Shown: positions 20,227 through 31,675, numbered from the whole stretch's first letter. The stretch: DNA of 63,917 bases, filler included, from Candidatus Rokuibacteriota bacterium (GCA_031406795.1; 11 parts of 11 records of this genome joined end to end with filler, not necessarily neighbours in it), one strand, 5' to 3'. A program made the numbers and translations. Notes: generated by a model from the sequence alone, not told the origin.

Positions 20227-22401
20227 ATGTTCCGGATCGGCGAGATCATCGACCTCGTGCTGGCCTATTACCCCGAGGCCGACGCCGAAGCGATCGAACG
20301 CGCCTACATCTACTCGGCGGTCGCCCACCGCGGCCAGCTGCGCACCTCGGGCGAGGCGTACCTCTCGCACCCCCTCGAAGTCGCCGGCATCCTCGCGAAA
20401 ATGCACATGGACGTCACGGCGATCATCGCCGGCCTGCTCCACGACGTCCCCGAAGACACCGGGACCACGATGGCGGAGATCGAGGCCAAGTTCGGCCGCG
20501 ACGTCGCCGTGCTCGTCGAGGGCGTGACCAAGATCGGCAAGATGGCCTTCTCGACCAAGGTCGAGCGCGAGGCCGAGAACTTCCGCAAGATGGTCCTGGC
20601 GATGGCCAAGGACATCCGCGTCATCCTGATCAAGCTCGCCGACCGCCTCCACAACATGCGCACCATCGACCCGCTGCCCGAAACCAAGCGCCGGCGCATC
20701 GCACTCGAGACCCTCGACATCTACGCCCCGCTCGCGAACCGCCTCGGGATCGCCTGGATGAAGACCGAACTCGAGGACCTGGCGTTCCGCCAGCTGCACC
20801 CGGCGGAATACGCCGACATCAGCCAGCGCGTCACGAAGAAGCACCAGGAGCAGGAAGCTTACATTGCAGAGGTGCAGCAGCTGATCCAGGAAAAGCTCGC
20901 CGACGCCGAGGTGCCGGCGGAGGTCTCGGGCCGCGCCAAGCACTACTACGGCATCTGGGCCAAGATGGTGCGCCAGAACATCCCTTTCGACCAGGTCTTC
21001 GACATCATCGCGGTCCGCGTCATCACCGACAGTGTGCGCAACTGTTACGCGGTGCTGGGCACGATCCACTCGCTCTGGACGCCGGTGCCCGGGCGGTTCA
21101 AAGACTTCATCGCGATGCCCAAGGCCAACGGCTACCAATCGCTGCACACGACGGTCATCGGGCCGGGCGGCGAGCGGGTGGAATTCCAGATCCGCACCCG
21201 CGACATGCACGGCATCGCCCAGCACGGCGTCGCCGCGCACTGGAAATACAAGGAGGGATTCAAAGGCGAGAGCCGCTTCGACGCGAGCCAGAAGTGGCTC
21301 AAAGGGCTGCTCGAGTGGCAGAAGGAGCTCAAGGACCCGCGCGAATTCCTCGAGACCGTGCGGGTCGACCTCTTCCCCGACGAGGTCTACGCCTTCACGC
21401 CCCGGGGCGACGTGCGGGCGCTGCCGCTCGGCGCGACCCCGGTCGATTTCGCCTACGCCGTGCACACCGACGTCGGCCACCGCTGCGTCGGCGCGAAGGT
21501 CAACGGCCGCATCGTGCCGCTGCGCTACCAGATCGTCAACGGCGACATCATCGAGATCCTGACCCAGAGCGGCCACGTGCCGAGCAAGGACTGGCTGAAG
21601 CTCGTCAAGACCTCGCGGGCCAAGGCCCGGATCAAGTCCTGGATCAAGACCGAGCAGCGCGCCCAGAGCGTGACGCTCGGGCGCGACCTGCTCGAGAAGG
21701 AATTGCGCAAGTACGAATTGCCGACCGCGAAGACCCTCAAGTCGGAGGAGTTCACCGCCGCGCTCGCCGCGCTGAACATCCGCAGCGCCGAAGAAGCCTT
21801 CGCCGCCGTCGGCTACGGCAAGATCGCGGCGCACCAGGTGGTAAGCCGGCTGCTCCCGCCGGAGGAGCTGGCCAAGCGCGACGAGCGCAAGGACTCGAAG
21901 ATTCGCGACTTCGTCAAGCGCATCACCGGCAAACGCGTCGAGGAGAGCGTGCGCATCGGCGGAGTCGGCGGCGCGCTGACACGTTTCGCGCAGTGCTGCA
22001 ACCCGGTGCCCGGCGACAAGATCATCGGCTTCATCACCCGGGGCCGGGGCGTGACCGTCCACGCCGCCGACTGCCCGAACGCCGAACCGGCGCTGCTCGA
22101 CCGCGAGCGGCTGGTGGCGGTGGAGTGGGACATCGCCTCCGAACAGCACTACCCGGTGCGCATCCTCGTCGAAAGCCGCGACAAACCGGGCATTCTGGCC
22201 GCGATCACCGGGGTGATCGCCGAAGCGGCGGTGAACATCGCCGGGGGCAAGGTCTCGACCGAGAGCGGACGCGGGCTGCACGAGTTCGAACTGGAGGTCA
22301 AGAGCCTCGAGCAGCTGCGCAAGCTGCTCGAGCAGATCCGCCGGATCAAGGGCGTGACGCGGGTCGAGCGCCTGCGCTCCGGCACCGGCTCGCCGCAATG
22401 A
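20227..22401 (+). CDS. relA: Bifunctional (p)ppGpp synthetase/hydrolase (RelA/SpoT)
   Basis: HD motif (LLHD), KLADRLHNMRT, PKANGYQSLHT, TGS and ACT domains. Confidence 0.95.
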   Translation: MFRIGEIIDLVLAYYPEADAEAIERAYIYSAVAHRGQLRTSGEAYLSHPLEVAGILAKMHMDVTAIIAGLLHDVPEDTGTTMAEIEAKFGRDVAVLVEGVTKIGKMAFSTKVEREAENFRKMVLAMAKDIRVILIKLADRLHNMRTIDPLPETKRRRIALETLDIYAPLANRLGIAWMKTELEDLAFRQLHPAEYADISQRVTKKHQEQEAYIAEVQQLIQEKLADAEVPAEVSGRAKHYYGIWAKMVRQNIPFDQVFDIIAVRVITDSVRNCYAVLGTIHSLWTPVPGRFKDFIAMPKANGYQSLHTTVIGPGGERVEFQIRTRDMHGIAQHGVAAHWKYKEGFKGESRFDASQKWLKGLLEWQKELKDPREFLETVRVDLFPDEVYAFTPRGDVRALPLGATPVDFAYAVHTDVGHRCVGAKVNGRIVPLRYQIVNGDIIEILTQSGHVPSKDWLKLVKTSRAKARIKSWIKTEQRAQSVTLGRDLLEKELRKYELPTAKTLKSEEFTAALAALNIRSAEEAFAAVGYGKIAAHQVVSRLLPPEELAKRDERKDSKIRDFVKRITGKRVEESVRIGGVGGALTRFAQCCNPVPGDKIIGFITRGRGVTVHAADCPNAEPALLDRERLVAVEWDIASEQHYPVRILVESRDKPGILAAITGVIAEAAVNIAGGKVSTESGRGLHEFELEVKSLEQLRKLLEQIRRIKGVTRVERLRSGTGSPQ

Positions 22402-22405
22402 CGGC

Positions 22406-22451
22406 AAAAAAAAACGGGGAGGACTCCGTTTCCGGAATCCCCCCCGCCGTT
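22406..22451. terminator. Intrinsic terminator between convergent relA and rplQ
   Basis: An A-run followed by the imperfect GC hairpin CGGGGAGGACTCCG...CGGAATCCCCCCCGCCG; the run is a U-tract on the minus strand. Confidence 0.6.
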
Positions 22452-22461
22452 CGGTGTCAGG

Positions 22462-22978
22462 CTATGAGGAGGAACTGCTCGCGGGCGCCTTCCCGTGGCC
22501 GCGCTTCTGGGGCGCGTGCTTCGGGGCGGCCGGGCTCTTCTTGTCCGCCTTGATCTCGGGCTTCTTCTTCACCGGCGCCTTGGCGCCCGCGCCGGCCTTC
22601 GGCGCCGCCTTGGCCTTCGCGCCAGCCTTCTTCCCGGGCGCCTCGACCACGACCGCCCTCGGCCGGTCGACAAACTCGATGATCGCCTTGGTGGCGTTGT
22701 CACCGGGCCGGTTTCCGAGCTGCAGAATGCGGGTATAGCCCCCCGGTCGGGTCTGACTCCAGAGTGCCACCTCGCTGAACAGCTTCTTCAACGCGGAATC
22801 GCTGCGGATGAACGAGCCGGCGCGCCGGCGCGCGGCCAAGTCACCCTGCTTGCCGAGCGTCACCATCCGGTCGGCGACCCGGCGCAGTTCCTTGGCCTTC
22901 TCGAGGGTGGTCGTGATGCGGCCCTTTTCGATCAGCGAAGTCACCATATTCCGCAGCATGGCGTCGCGATGACTCGAC
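22462..22978 (-). CDS. rplQ: 50S ribosomal protein L17 with a Lys/Ala-rich C-terminal tail (5'-truncated)
   Basis: MLRNMVTSL...ITTTLEKAKELR and RPGGYTRI motifs. Confidence 0.95.
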
Positions 22979-23079
22979 NNNNNNNNNNNNNNNNNNNNNN
23001 NNNNNNNNNNNNNNNNNNNNNNTTAATTAATTAANNNNNNNNNNNNNNNNNNNNNNNNNNNNNNNNNNNNNNNNNNNNC

Positions 23080-23205
23080 TGCGTCGAGACGATCCAGAAG
23101 CTCCGCAAGATGGATGGGGTCGCCGGCGTGCACATCATGGCCATCGAGTGGGAAGAGGCGGTGCCGGAGATCGTCGAGAAGGCCGGCCTGCTGCCGCGGC
23201 CGTAG
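23080..23205 (+). CDS. metF: Methylenetetrahydrofolate reductase C-terminus (partial)
   Basis: CVETIQKLRKMDGVAGVHIMAIEWEEAVPEIVEKAGLLPRP is typical of the MetF C-terminus in anaerobes. Confidence 0.75.
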   Translation, partial: CVETIQKLRKMDGVAGVHIMAIEWEEAVPEIVEKAGLLPRP

Positions 23206-23215
23206 GGGAGGGGCA

Positions 23216-24625
23216 ATGGCTAAGAAGTACCACATCGCCACCAAAGCCGCGCCGCCGCGGTTCACGATCATCGGCCGGCACGGCATCGTCGACTTCAACG
23301 AGGACTGCGCCGGCGCCTGCCACCACTGCGTCAAGAAAGAGTGCATCTACGACATCTACAAGAAGGAAGGCATCTTCACGCGGGAGATGCAGGGACCGCT
23401 GCACTACCTCTACAACTGCATGAACTGCCTGCGCTGCGTGCAGAACTGCACCCGGGGAGTGGTGACGCGGACCATCAACCCGGAGTTCCGCTGGCTCGGG
23501 GACAGCTACTGGAAACCCGAGATCCTGCTCAGCCTCTGGTACCAGGCCGAGACCGGCAAGATCCCCGTCTCCGGCGCCGGCTACCGCGGACCGTTCTCCG
23601 GCCCCGGGTTCGACGCGATGTGGACGGACATGTCCGAGATCGTGCGCCCGACGCGCGACGGCATCCACGGCCGCGAGTACATCAGCACCTCGGTCGACCT
23701 CGGCGCGAAGCTGCGGGACCTGGCGTTCGACGAGCAGGGCCGCCTCTGCGTCGAGGCGCCCGTCGTGCATGAATTGCCGGTGCCGTTCGTTTTGGCGAAC
23801 CCGCACTTCGGCGATTTCTCGCCGCAGGTCTACGAGGCGGCCGCCCGCGCGGCGCAGGAGATGGGCACGCTCTACGTGATCGACCCGGCGCTGGTCACCG
23901 GCAATCTGAAGAAGTACCAGGCCGCGCTCGCCCCGGCCGTGACGGGCGCGACGATCGCCGGCAGCGGCGATCTGATCCGCGGCGCGAAGATGGTGCAGCT
24001 CGAGTATGACGACTGCGTGCTCGCCAACGTCGCCGCGATCAAGGCGATCGAACCGGATGCGGTGGTCAGCGTGCGGGTCGCCCTGGCGCCGGGCGCGCCG
24101 CTTCTCGCCGAGAAGCTGATCCGCGACGGCGTGGAGTCGATCTTCTTCCACGCCGATTTTCACGGGCAGTGCCCGAACGACGACGGCGGCACCGAGTTTC
24201 TGAAGGAGTCCTTCCGGCGGATCCACACGCACCTGGTCGAGCGCGGCCTGCGCGATCTGGTGACGCTGATCGCCGGGGGCGGCATCGCCCAGGCCGAGCA
24301 CATGGCCAAGATCATCATCTGCGGCGCCGACATGGTGGTGCTGGACATCCCGTTCCTGATCGCGCTGGAGTGCCGGATGTGCATGAACTGCACGAAGGGG
24401 CGCCCGTGCCCGGTCGACATCGCCAACGTGCCGGCCGACTTCGGGGCCCGCCGGATGACCAACCTCGGCGCCTCCTGGCACAGCCAGCTGCTGGAGGTGC
24501 TGGGGGCGATGGGGATCCGCGAGGTGCGCCGCCTCAGGGGCGAGTACGGGCGCGCGATGTTCTACGAGGACCTCGAGCGCGAGACGTTCCAGGCGCTCTT
24601 TGCCGGCCAGAAGGTGAACAGATAA
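23216..24625 (+). CDS. Ferredoxin-fused glutamate synthase FMN-domain paralog (divergent)
   Basis: N-terminal Cys clusters, LIAGGGI...AKIIICGAD and ECRMCMNCTKGRPCPVDI. Lacks the QGAKPG motif. Confidence 0.8.
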   Translation: MAKKYHIATKAAPPRFTIIGRHGIVDFNEDCAGACHHCVKKECIYDIYKKEGIFTREMQGPLHYLYNCMNCLRCVQNCTRGVVTRTINPEFRWLGDSYWKPEILLSLWYQAETGKIPVSGAGYRGPFSGPGFDAMWTDMSEIVRPTRDGIHGREYISTSVDLGAKLRDLAFDEQGRLCVEAPVVHELPVPFVLANPHFGDFSPQVYEAAARAAQEMGTLYVIDPALVTGNLKKYQAALAPAVTGATIAGSGDLIRGAKMVQLEYDDCVLANVAAIKAIEPDAVVSVRVALAPGAPLLAEKLIRDGVESIFFHADFHGQCPNDDGGTEFLKESFRRIHTHLVERGLRDLVTLIAGGGIAQAEHMAKIIICGADMVVLDIPFLIALECRMCMNCTKGRPCPVDIANVPADFGARRMTNLGASWHSQLLEVLGAMGIREVRRLRGEYGRAMFYEDLERETFQALFAGQKVNR

Positions 24626-24662
24626 TGAATAACACCCATCAATCCGTGAGAAAGAGTCAGCG

Positions 24663-26018
24663 ATGAGCGACATCAAACAGGTCGTGACCGCGAAGATCAC
24701 CCGGAAGGGGTCGAAGATCCCGACCCGTTTCCGCAACAACATCGGCAAGTACAAGGTCATCCGGACCGACCGCTGCATCGGCTGCGGCAAATGCGCCGAG
24801 CTGTGCCCCCACGGCGTGCACGTCCGGTACAAGGGCTACAACCGCACAGTGCGCCCGAAGGACCACCTCTGCCGCGGCTTCCACTGTCGCGAGAACTGCG
24901 ATTATTACTGCATCGACAAGTGCCCGGTCGGCGCGCTGAGTATGGGGCTGAACCCGGTCTACGAGTCGATGGGCGACCCGCGCTGGACCCCGGACATGAT
25001 CCTGAGCACCTGGGATCAGGCCGAGAACGGCACGATCACCAACAACACGCTGGAGACCAACCTCGGCAAGTCCGGCGGCGGCTTCGACAAGCTGCGGCTC
25101 AACTTCCCGAAGGAGCCGGCGAGGAAGCTCAAGCCCGCGCAGATCGACACCCGGCTCAAGCTCAACAAGCGCAAGGGCAAGCAGGTCGTCATCGACGTGC
25201 CCTGGTACGGCGGCGGCATGTCTTACGGCTCGGTCAGCCCGGCGACGATGGTCGGCAAGGCGCACGCCGGCCGCGTCTGGAACACCTTCACCTGCACCGG
25301 CGAGGGGGGCTACCCGCCGCACCTGTTCCCGTACGACGCCAATGTCATCACGCAGGTGGCCACCGGTCTTTTCGGCGTGCGCGAGGAGTCGATCCAGCGC
25401 GTCAAGATCGTCGAGTTCAAGTACGCCCAGGGCGCCAAGCCGGGCCTCGGCGGGCACCTGCTCGGCGACAAGAACACCCCCGCCGTCGCGAAGATGCGCG
25501 AGGCGGTCGCCGGCGTGTCGCTCTTCTCGCCGTTTCCTTTCCACAGCGTCTACTCGATCGAGGATCACAAGAAGCACGTCGACTGGATCCTGGCGATGAA
25601 CCCCGACGCGCTGGTCTCCTCGAAGGTTTCGACCCCCAACGACGTGGACATGGTCGCGGTCGGCAGCTACTACGCCGGCTCGCACATCGTGCACATCGAC
25701 GGCAGCTACGGCGGCACGGGCGCGGCGCCGGACATCGCGAAGAAGAACATCGCGATGCCGATCGAGTACGCGATCCCGAAGGTCCACAACTTCCTGGCCG
25801 CCGAGGGGATCCGCGACAAGGTAACATTGATCGCCTCAGGGGGCATCCGCAACGTGCACGACATGGTCAAGGCGATCTGCCTCGGCGCCGACGGCGTGGT
25901 CATCGGCACCGCCGAACTGGTCGCGCTCGAGTGCATCCGCTGCGGCGCCTGCGAGAGCGGCCGCGGCTGCGCGCGCGGCATCGCCACCACCGACCTGGAG
26001 CTGAGCCTGCAGTTCGAT
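24663..26018 (+). CDS. Ferredoxin-fused glutamate synthase FMN subunit (GltB2-like); continues at 50861-51032
   Basis: CIGCGKCAELCP, GGMSYGS, TGEGG, QVATGLFGV, KYAQGAKPGLGGHL and ECIRCGACESGRGCARGIAT. Confidence 0.9.
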
Positions 26019-26210
26019 GCGCCCGACCATCTCGTGGACGGTGGCGACGCCGAAGCGGACCATGATGTTCACGAGCTGCTCGTGCCAGGACTTGTAGAGA
26101 TTGACGATCCGCCGGGAGGCCCACTCGTAGTCGAACTGCAGGCTCAGCTCCAGGTCGGTCGTCGCAATGCCGCGGGCGCAGCCGCGGCCGCTCTCGCAGG
26201 CGCCGCAGCG
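26019..26210 (-). other. Fold-back (inverted) copy of the same gene's 3' region, probable assembly/amplification chimera
   Basis: The reverse complement matches about 25938-26018 plus 50861-50982. Confidence 0.85.
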
Positions 26211-26310
26211 NNNNNNNNNNNNNNNNNNNNNNNNNNNNNNNNNNNNNNNNNNNNTTAATTAATTAANNNNNNNNNNNNNNNNNNNNNNNNNNNNNNNNNN
26301 NNNNNNNNNN

Positions 26311-29300
26311 CTCTCGGTCTGGCCGCCGCGCACGAGCGCCGCCGAGAGGCCCCGGCCGAGGACGAGCCGCAGTCGCTTGTCGCCGCGGGGCAGCGTGAAG
26401 CGGCGCGCGCCGGCGAAATCGAGGGTTCCCATCGCCGTGCCGGTCGGCAGCTGTTCCTCGGAGAGCTTCGCGAATTCGAAGAGACGCAGCGTCGCCCGCG
26501 CAGCCGGCTGCGCGGGATCGGCGCGCCAGAGCAGCGCCGTGGCCGGGCCGTCCGCGACCAGCAGCGCCGTGGCTGCGTTCTCCCCGAGCGCGGCTGTCGC
26601 GGTGGCAGCGACGCCGCCGCCGCGTGCCTGGCCCCGCGACACGATGGCCACTGCCGGCCGGCCGTCCGCCGCGCTTGCCGTCACCATCAGCGGCCCGGGG
26701 CCGCGCGGCTCGATGTCGCAGGCCACGGCGGTGCCGTCGGCGGGCAGGTCGACCGACACCGGTTCGTCGGCCGTCAGAGACACTCTCGCGCCCTTGAGCG
26801 TTGCCTCGCGTGCGCCCGGGGCGAGGTCGGTGGCGACCCAGATGCTGGTGCCGCGGGAGGAGGTGGCGTCGGCGGCCGCCAGCGTCCGGTGGACGTCCCC
26901 GGAGGCGCGCCAAGGCGATGCGGCATCGAGCCGCAGCAGGCCGGGACGCTCGAGCGCGATCTCGGCGAGCGCGACCGGCGGGTTCGATCCCGCGGCGACG
27001 GCGACCCGCGCGCCGCGAGCGAGGTCGCGCTCGGCGACACGCGGGGGCGCGGTGGCCGTGGCGGAGAGACGGACCGCCGAGCCGCGGCGATCGAGTGACC
27101 AGAGTCGCAGCCGGTACCCCGCAGCCGGTTGTGCAGTCGGATGTGCGGCCGGATCCACGACGAGCGGGACCTCGAAGGCGTGGGCGCGGCCGAGTTCGCT
27201 CCTCAGGGTCGTCCAACGGTCGCCGGCGCCGTACTCGAGGCCGAGTCCGACGGTCTCGTCTGCGGCGGCCCGCACGACGAGCAGCGGCAGCCCCGCCGGG
27301 ATCGTCAGCGGGATGACGGCGACGTCGTCGCCGGGGCGGACCTCGCGGGAGCCGGGGAGGGCGAAGGGCAGTTCCTGGCGCTCGGCCACGGCGCGCAGCG
27401 CGACCCGGGTGGCGGCGCTCGCGGCGGCCGTGGGCGCCAATTCGAGGCGGTAGGCGCCGGGGGCGAGGCGGGCGGCAAGCTGGACGTTCCAATCGTCGGG
27501 CCGGTCTTGCTGCTCGGCGATCGTCGCGCCGTTGGCGTCGGTGAGCCGCGCCTGGACATCGGCGCTCCCGGAGGTCGTGAATTCGTAGAGGCCGGCGCTC
27601 CCGATCGAGACGGGCAGGGCGGCAGGCGCCGTCACGGCGCGCGAGGTGCCCGGCACGAGTTCGTCGGCGCGGATCGTGACCTCGTAGGGGGCGTGGTTGT
27701 TCCGCCGGGAGCAGACCGCGGCCAGCGTGTAGGCGCCTGCGGGCAGCCGGCCGGACCAGTCCCGTCCCGGTTGGATTCGGGCGAGCGGCTCGGCGTCCGG
27801 CGTGTCGGCTCGTCGGCGGATCTCGCCTTGCATCTCGCCGGTGAGCGTGACGCGCAGCGTGGCCGGGGCCGACAGCTCGAATTCCCAGCGGTCCGGAGTG
27901 CGCTCGGCGTCTGCGACGGGTTCCGTCCAGGTGTGCCCGACCGTGGCCTCCAGTGCGAGCGGGTGCGGGCCATGACCCGCGAATCGCACGGGATCCGGCA
28001 CCCGCTCCAGCAAGGTCACGCGGCGGGATCCGACGGCTTCGGGCAGCAGCAGCAAGCGGTAGCGTCCCCGCTCGAAGCGGCGCTCGAACTGCGCTGGCGT
28101 CCCCGGGGTCTCGATCGGCCAGCCGTCGGCGTCTTCGAGACGGCAAGGCAGGGTGCGGCCGGCCGCCGCGGCCGTGAGGCGGTAGACGCCGGCCTCGGCG
28201 ATTTCGAATTCGTGCGCAACGCCCTCGGCCGCGCCGACCGTGACCCGGGAGGGGGACCCTGCCCGCAGCGTCCCGCCGTTGCGAAGCGCGGCACGCCGCA
28301 GCCGCACCCCGAGATGGCCGCGGGACGCCCCCTGCGCCGCCACCGTCAGCTGGTACTCCCCCTCGCGCAGGTAGCTGCCGACGAGGAAGTTGCGGCCGCT
28401 CCCGCCCCCCGTCGAACGGGCGAGCGCGGGGAGGTAGCGGGAGCGCAGCGTCCCCGAGGTCGCCAGCAGGCCGGTGCTCTCGATGGTGTGAAAGGCGGGC
28501 TCCGCGGCGCGGATGCTGAACGTCGCGGTGCCGCCGCGCTCCAGGTCGAGGAACCGGACCCCGTCCCCGGCGATCGCCGGGAATTGTGGCGGGGCCGCCG
28601 GCTGTCCCTGCGGGGGCGCCGGCGACGGGGCATTCTCGTGCAGGCGCGACGCGTCGAAGCGCAGGGCCGCCAGCACCGTGGCGGCACCGGCGTTTCGAAC
28701 GCGCACCTCCAGCGTGGCGGCGCGAGTCTCCAGCGCCTTGAGCCACGGGCCCTCCCCGGTGCGTACCTCGAGGCTCTCCCCCGATTCGCTCTCGGCGCGG
28801 ATGGTCCCCGTTTCCGCGACGCGCGCGGCTACGGCGATCTCCTCGCCGGGCCGCAGCGCGAGCGGCAGCGGCCGCACCAGATCGATGGGCAGTTCCCGCA
28901 GGACGAGCCCGCTGCGCACGCCCGGCCGCGTGTTGAGGTGCACGGTGTAGGTGGTGTTCCATTCGAGATCCACGGCAGGGAAGCTCACGGCCGGCCGGAC
29001 CGGCTCACCGCGCAGCGGGCGATCCGGCGCGAGCAGATCCCAGATCGCGTCGAGTTTGCCGACGGGGCGGACCGCGGCCTCGATGATTCCCGGCTCGTCG
29101 GGGACGATCGTCAGCACGTGCCAGCCGGGCTCGAGTTTCCAGGTCGTGCCGCCCGCCTTGAGTTCCGGCTCGCGGTAGTTCTGTGGCCTCGTGACCAAAA
29201 ACGGCTCGAAGCGGGCGCGAGCCGCCCCGCCCCGCAGCAGCACTTCGTAATCGCCGGCCTCGCGAGCGTGGAAGAAGACCGTCAGGGTCTCGAGCAGGTT

Positions 29301-30512
29301 GCAGCGTCGCGCCCAGCCGTGCGACCCGTCGATCTCGACCACCTGCGCGAGGAAAGGCTCGAGACTCCGTTGCGCCGCGGCGCCGCTGCTCGTGACGATC
29401 GCCGTGGCGTCCGCCGCGTCCTGCGGGTGTCCGGAGTGCACCGACCCGAGCCAGTAGCGCCCCGAGCGCTGGAAGGAGTAGCGCTCGCGAAGCTCGAAAT
29501 GCTGCAGGACGTAGGGCTGTCCCGCCGCGGCGCGCACGGTGATCAGGCGCGGCTCGGGCTGCGGTTGCGGCTCCAGCGTCGCGACGGGCTCGCGGTGCTG
29601 CTTCGTGATCTCCGCCTCGGAGCGGGCGCCGCCGAAGGGGTCGCCCTCGGCCGCCAGCGGCGCCTCGCTCAGGCTGGCCGCGGTCGCCTCCGGCAATTCC
29701 AGCTGCAGAAAATTCACGGAACCGGGAACGACGTAGTGGTCGGCGCCGAAGGGACTGATACGGTAGCGCGTGCGGCCGGCGTCGCCGAGCGTCGGCAGGC
29801 CGAAACGCAGGTGCAGCGGGTGCTCCTTCCCGCCGGCGGGCCAGGGCTGCTCGGGGCCGCCAAAGGCGGTCAGCAGGTAGCGTCCGGGCTCGAGCCGGGC
29901 GACGAGGCGGCAGGAGCGCAGCGATCGGCCCGCCTCCGGTTCGACGGTTTCAACGGTGGGGGCGGCAGCCATCAGCCAGCCGCCGTCTTTGAAGAGGCGC
30001 AGGTCGGCGAGGTTGCGTCCGGCGGCTTCGAGGATCACCCGCCGCGGCTTGTCGATCTGCAGCCGCCAGGTGCGCTGCTCGAAATCCTGAAGGGAGGTGC
30101 TCAGCGGCCTCCCCTCGATGAGGAGCGGGGGCGCGGGCGGGTTCGCCTCGAGGAACTGGCGCGTCTCGAGGCGCACTTCGCCCGCCGCCCGCTCCGGCCC
30201 GAGGGTGACCAGCCGGTAGCTTCCCCGATCGAGGAGCAGGTCCAGCCGCCCGTCGCGCTCCCCGGCGACGCCGGCCGGTTCACCGGGCCCGGCCAGCCGG
30301 TCAATCAGCTGGAGCGCGGTTCCCGAGCCGCTGCTGGCGGCGATCGCGTAGCGCCCGGGTTCGGCGATGGTCAGGTCTGCGGTCCAGCGTCCGGCGGCAG
30401 GCAGCCGCGGCGGCTCGATGAGCGCGGGTGCGGCGGGCGCAGTCGCTGCTGGCAGAATCGTCAGCAGCAGGGCGACCAGCAGGGGGTTGGCGAATCGCTT
30501 CAAGCCAGCCAT
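26311..30512 (-). CDS. Very large (about 1400 aa visible) exported hypothetical protein with repeated beta-sandwich-like modules (3'-truncated)
   Basis: Signal peptide, then recurring 'PGxYxL' and 'D.rL.d..G..l' modules. GC3-rich coding frame. Confidence 0.75.
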
Positions 30513-30702
30513 TGCGCGCACCGGCGACCCTCGTTATGGCGCTTCGGGTTCGGGGAGGCGCAGCGCGCTCTCCCTCAGCACGCCGAATCTATCATGGCGG
30601 GGCCGGGGGAACAATGCCGGCGCGTCCTTGCGGCTGTTTTGACAGGGCAAAGCGGAAGCGGCTATCATCCTTCCCAGAAACCCGATGGAGGAGGTGGGGC
30701 CC

Positions 30703-31220
30703 ATGACAGGAAAGTTCGCCGCCGCGGTCGCCTTTCTTTCGCTGGCGGCGGCCTTGCCCGCTCATGCCGGCTATCGCATCGAAACCGCCGATCTGGAGTT
30801 TCCCCAGGATGTCACGACCTCCTGGTTTCAGGGGGGCAAGGCGCGGGTCGACGGCGCTCTCGAGGGTCTCTCGGTGATCGTGGACGTCAAGAACGGCGAG
30901 GGGTGGTTGATCGACCGCGCGTCAAAACGCTACGCGGGCGGAACGTTTGCCGAAATCGCCGTGGAGCTGCGGAAGATCGACGTGTCGCTGCAAGACGACA
31001 CGTCCGGCGATCCGGCGGGCAGGAAGGCCGCGGCGGCACCGGCCAAGCCCCTTGCCGTCGTGGTCAAGGAACTCGGAGCCGGTGAGCGCCTGCAAGGGTA
31101 CGAAACCCGTCGTTATCAGGTGCTGATCGGTGGCGAATTGCTCGAGGAGTTGTGGCTCGCGCCGATGATCAAGGTTGGCAGCGAGGTCGACCTGGTCGCA
31201 TTCGAGACCGCGATTCGCGC
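30703..31220 (+). CDS. Exported hypothetical protein (DUF4412-like), 3'-truncated
   Basis: GGAGG RBS, signal peptide ending AHA, and E.lqGYETRRY...EELWLAP pattern. Confidence 0.6.
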
Positions 31221-31320
31221 NNNNNNNNNNNNNNNNNNNNNNNNNNNNNNNNNNNNNNNNNNNNTTAATTAATTAANNNNNNNNNNNNNNNNNNNNNNNN
31301 NNNNNNNNNNNNNNNNNNNN

Positions 31321-31662
31321 GACATCGTCGCGCGCACCGCCGGCAACCGGGTCGTCGAGGAGGCCATCCTCAAAACGCGCCAGGCGATCTCCGAGGGCAA
31401 GACCATCGCCGAACCGCTGGGGCAGACCAAGGTTTTTCCCCCGATGGTGGTCCAGATGATCGGCGTCGGCGAATCGGCGGGCGCGCTGGACACGATGCTG
31501 AACAAGATCGCGGATTTCTACGACGAGGAGGTGGACACCGCCGTCGGCGCCCTCTCCTCGATGCTCGAACCGCTCATCATGGTGTTCTTGGGTTTTGCGC
31601 TCGGCTACATCGTCATCGCGATGTACCTGCCGATCTTCAAGATCGCCGGGTCCATCGGCTGA
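31321..31662 (+). CDS. pilC: Type IV pilus platform protein PilC, C-terminus
   Basis: FPPMVVQMIGVGESAGALDTML.KIADFYDEEVD...MYLPIF. Confidence 0.93.
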   Translation, partial: DIVARTAGNRVVEEAILKTRQAISEGKTIAEPLGQTKVFPPMVVQMIGVGESAGALDTMLNKIADFYDEEVDTAVGALSSMLEPLIMVFLGFALGYIVIAMYLPIFKIAGSIG

Positions 31663-31675
31663 CGCGGAACCGCGC

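Noticed and set aside
25938-26210. Possible DGR template/variable repeat pair or programmed inversion
   Set aside because: Differences are mostly synonymous and not adenine-specific, and there is no reverse transcriptase or invertase. A contig-end fold-back explains it.
27129-31085. Long opposite-strand or alternate-frame ORFs (for example 27129-31085, 56953-60048, 20146-22407, 44201-46732, 12830-14944)
   Set aside because: Shadow ORFs of real genes in high-GC DNA, with no recognisable motifs.
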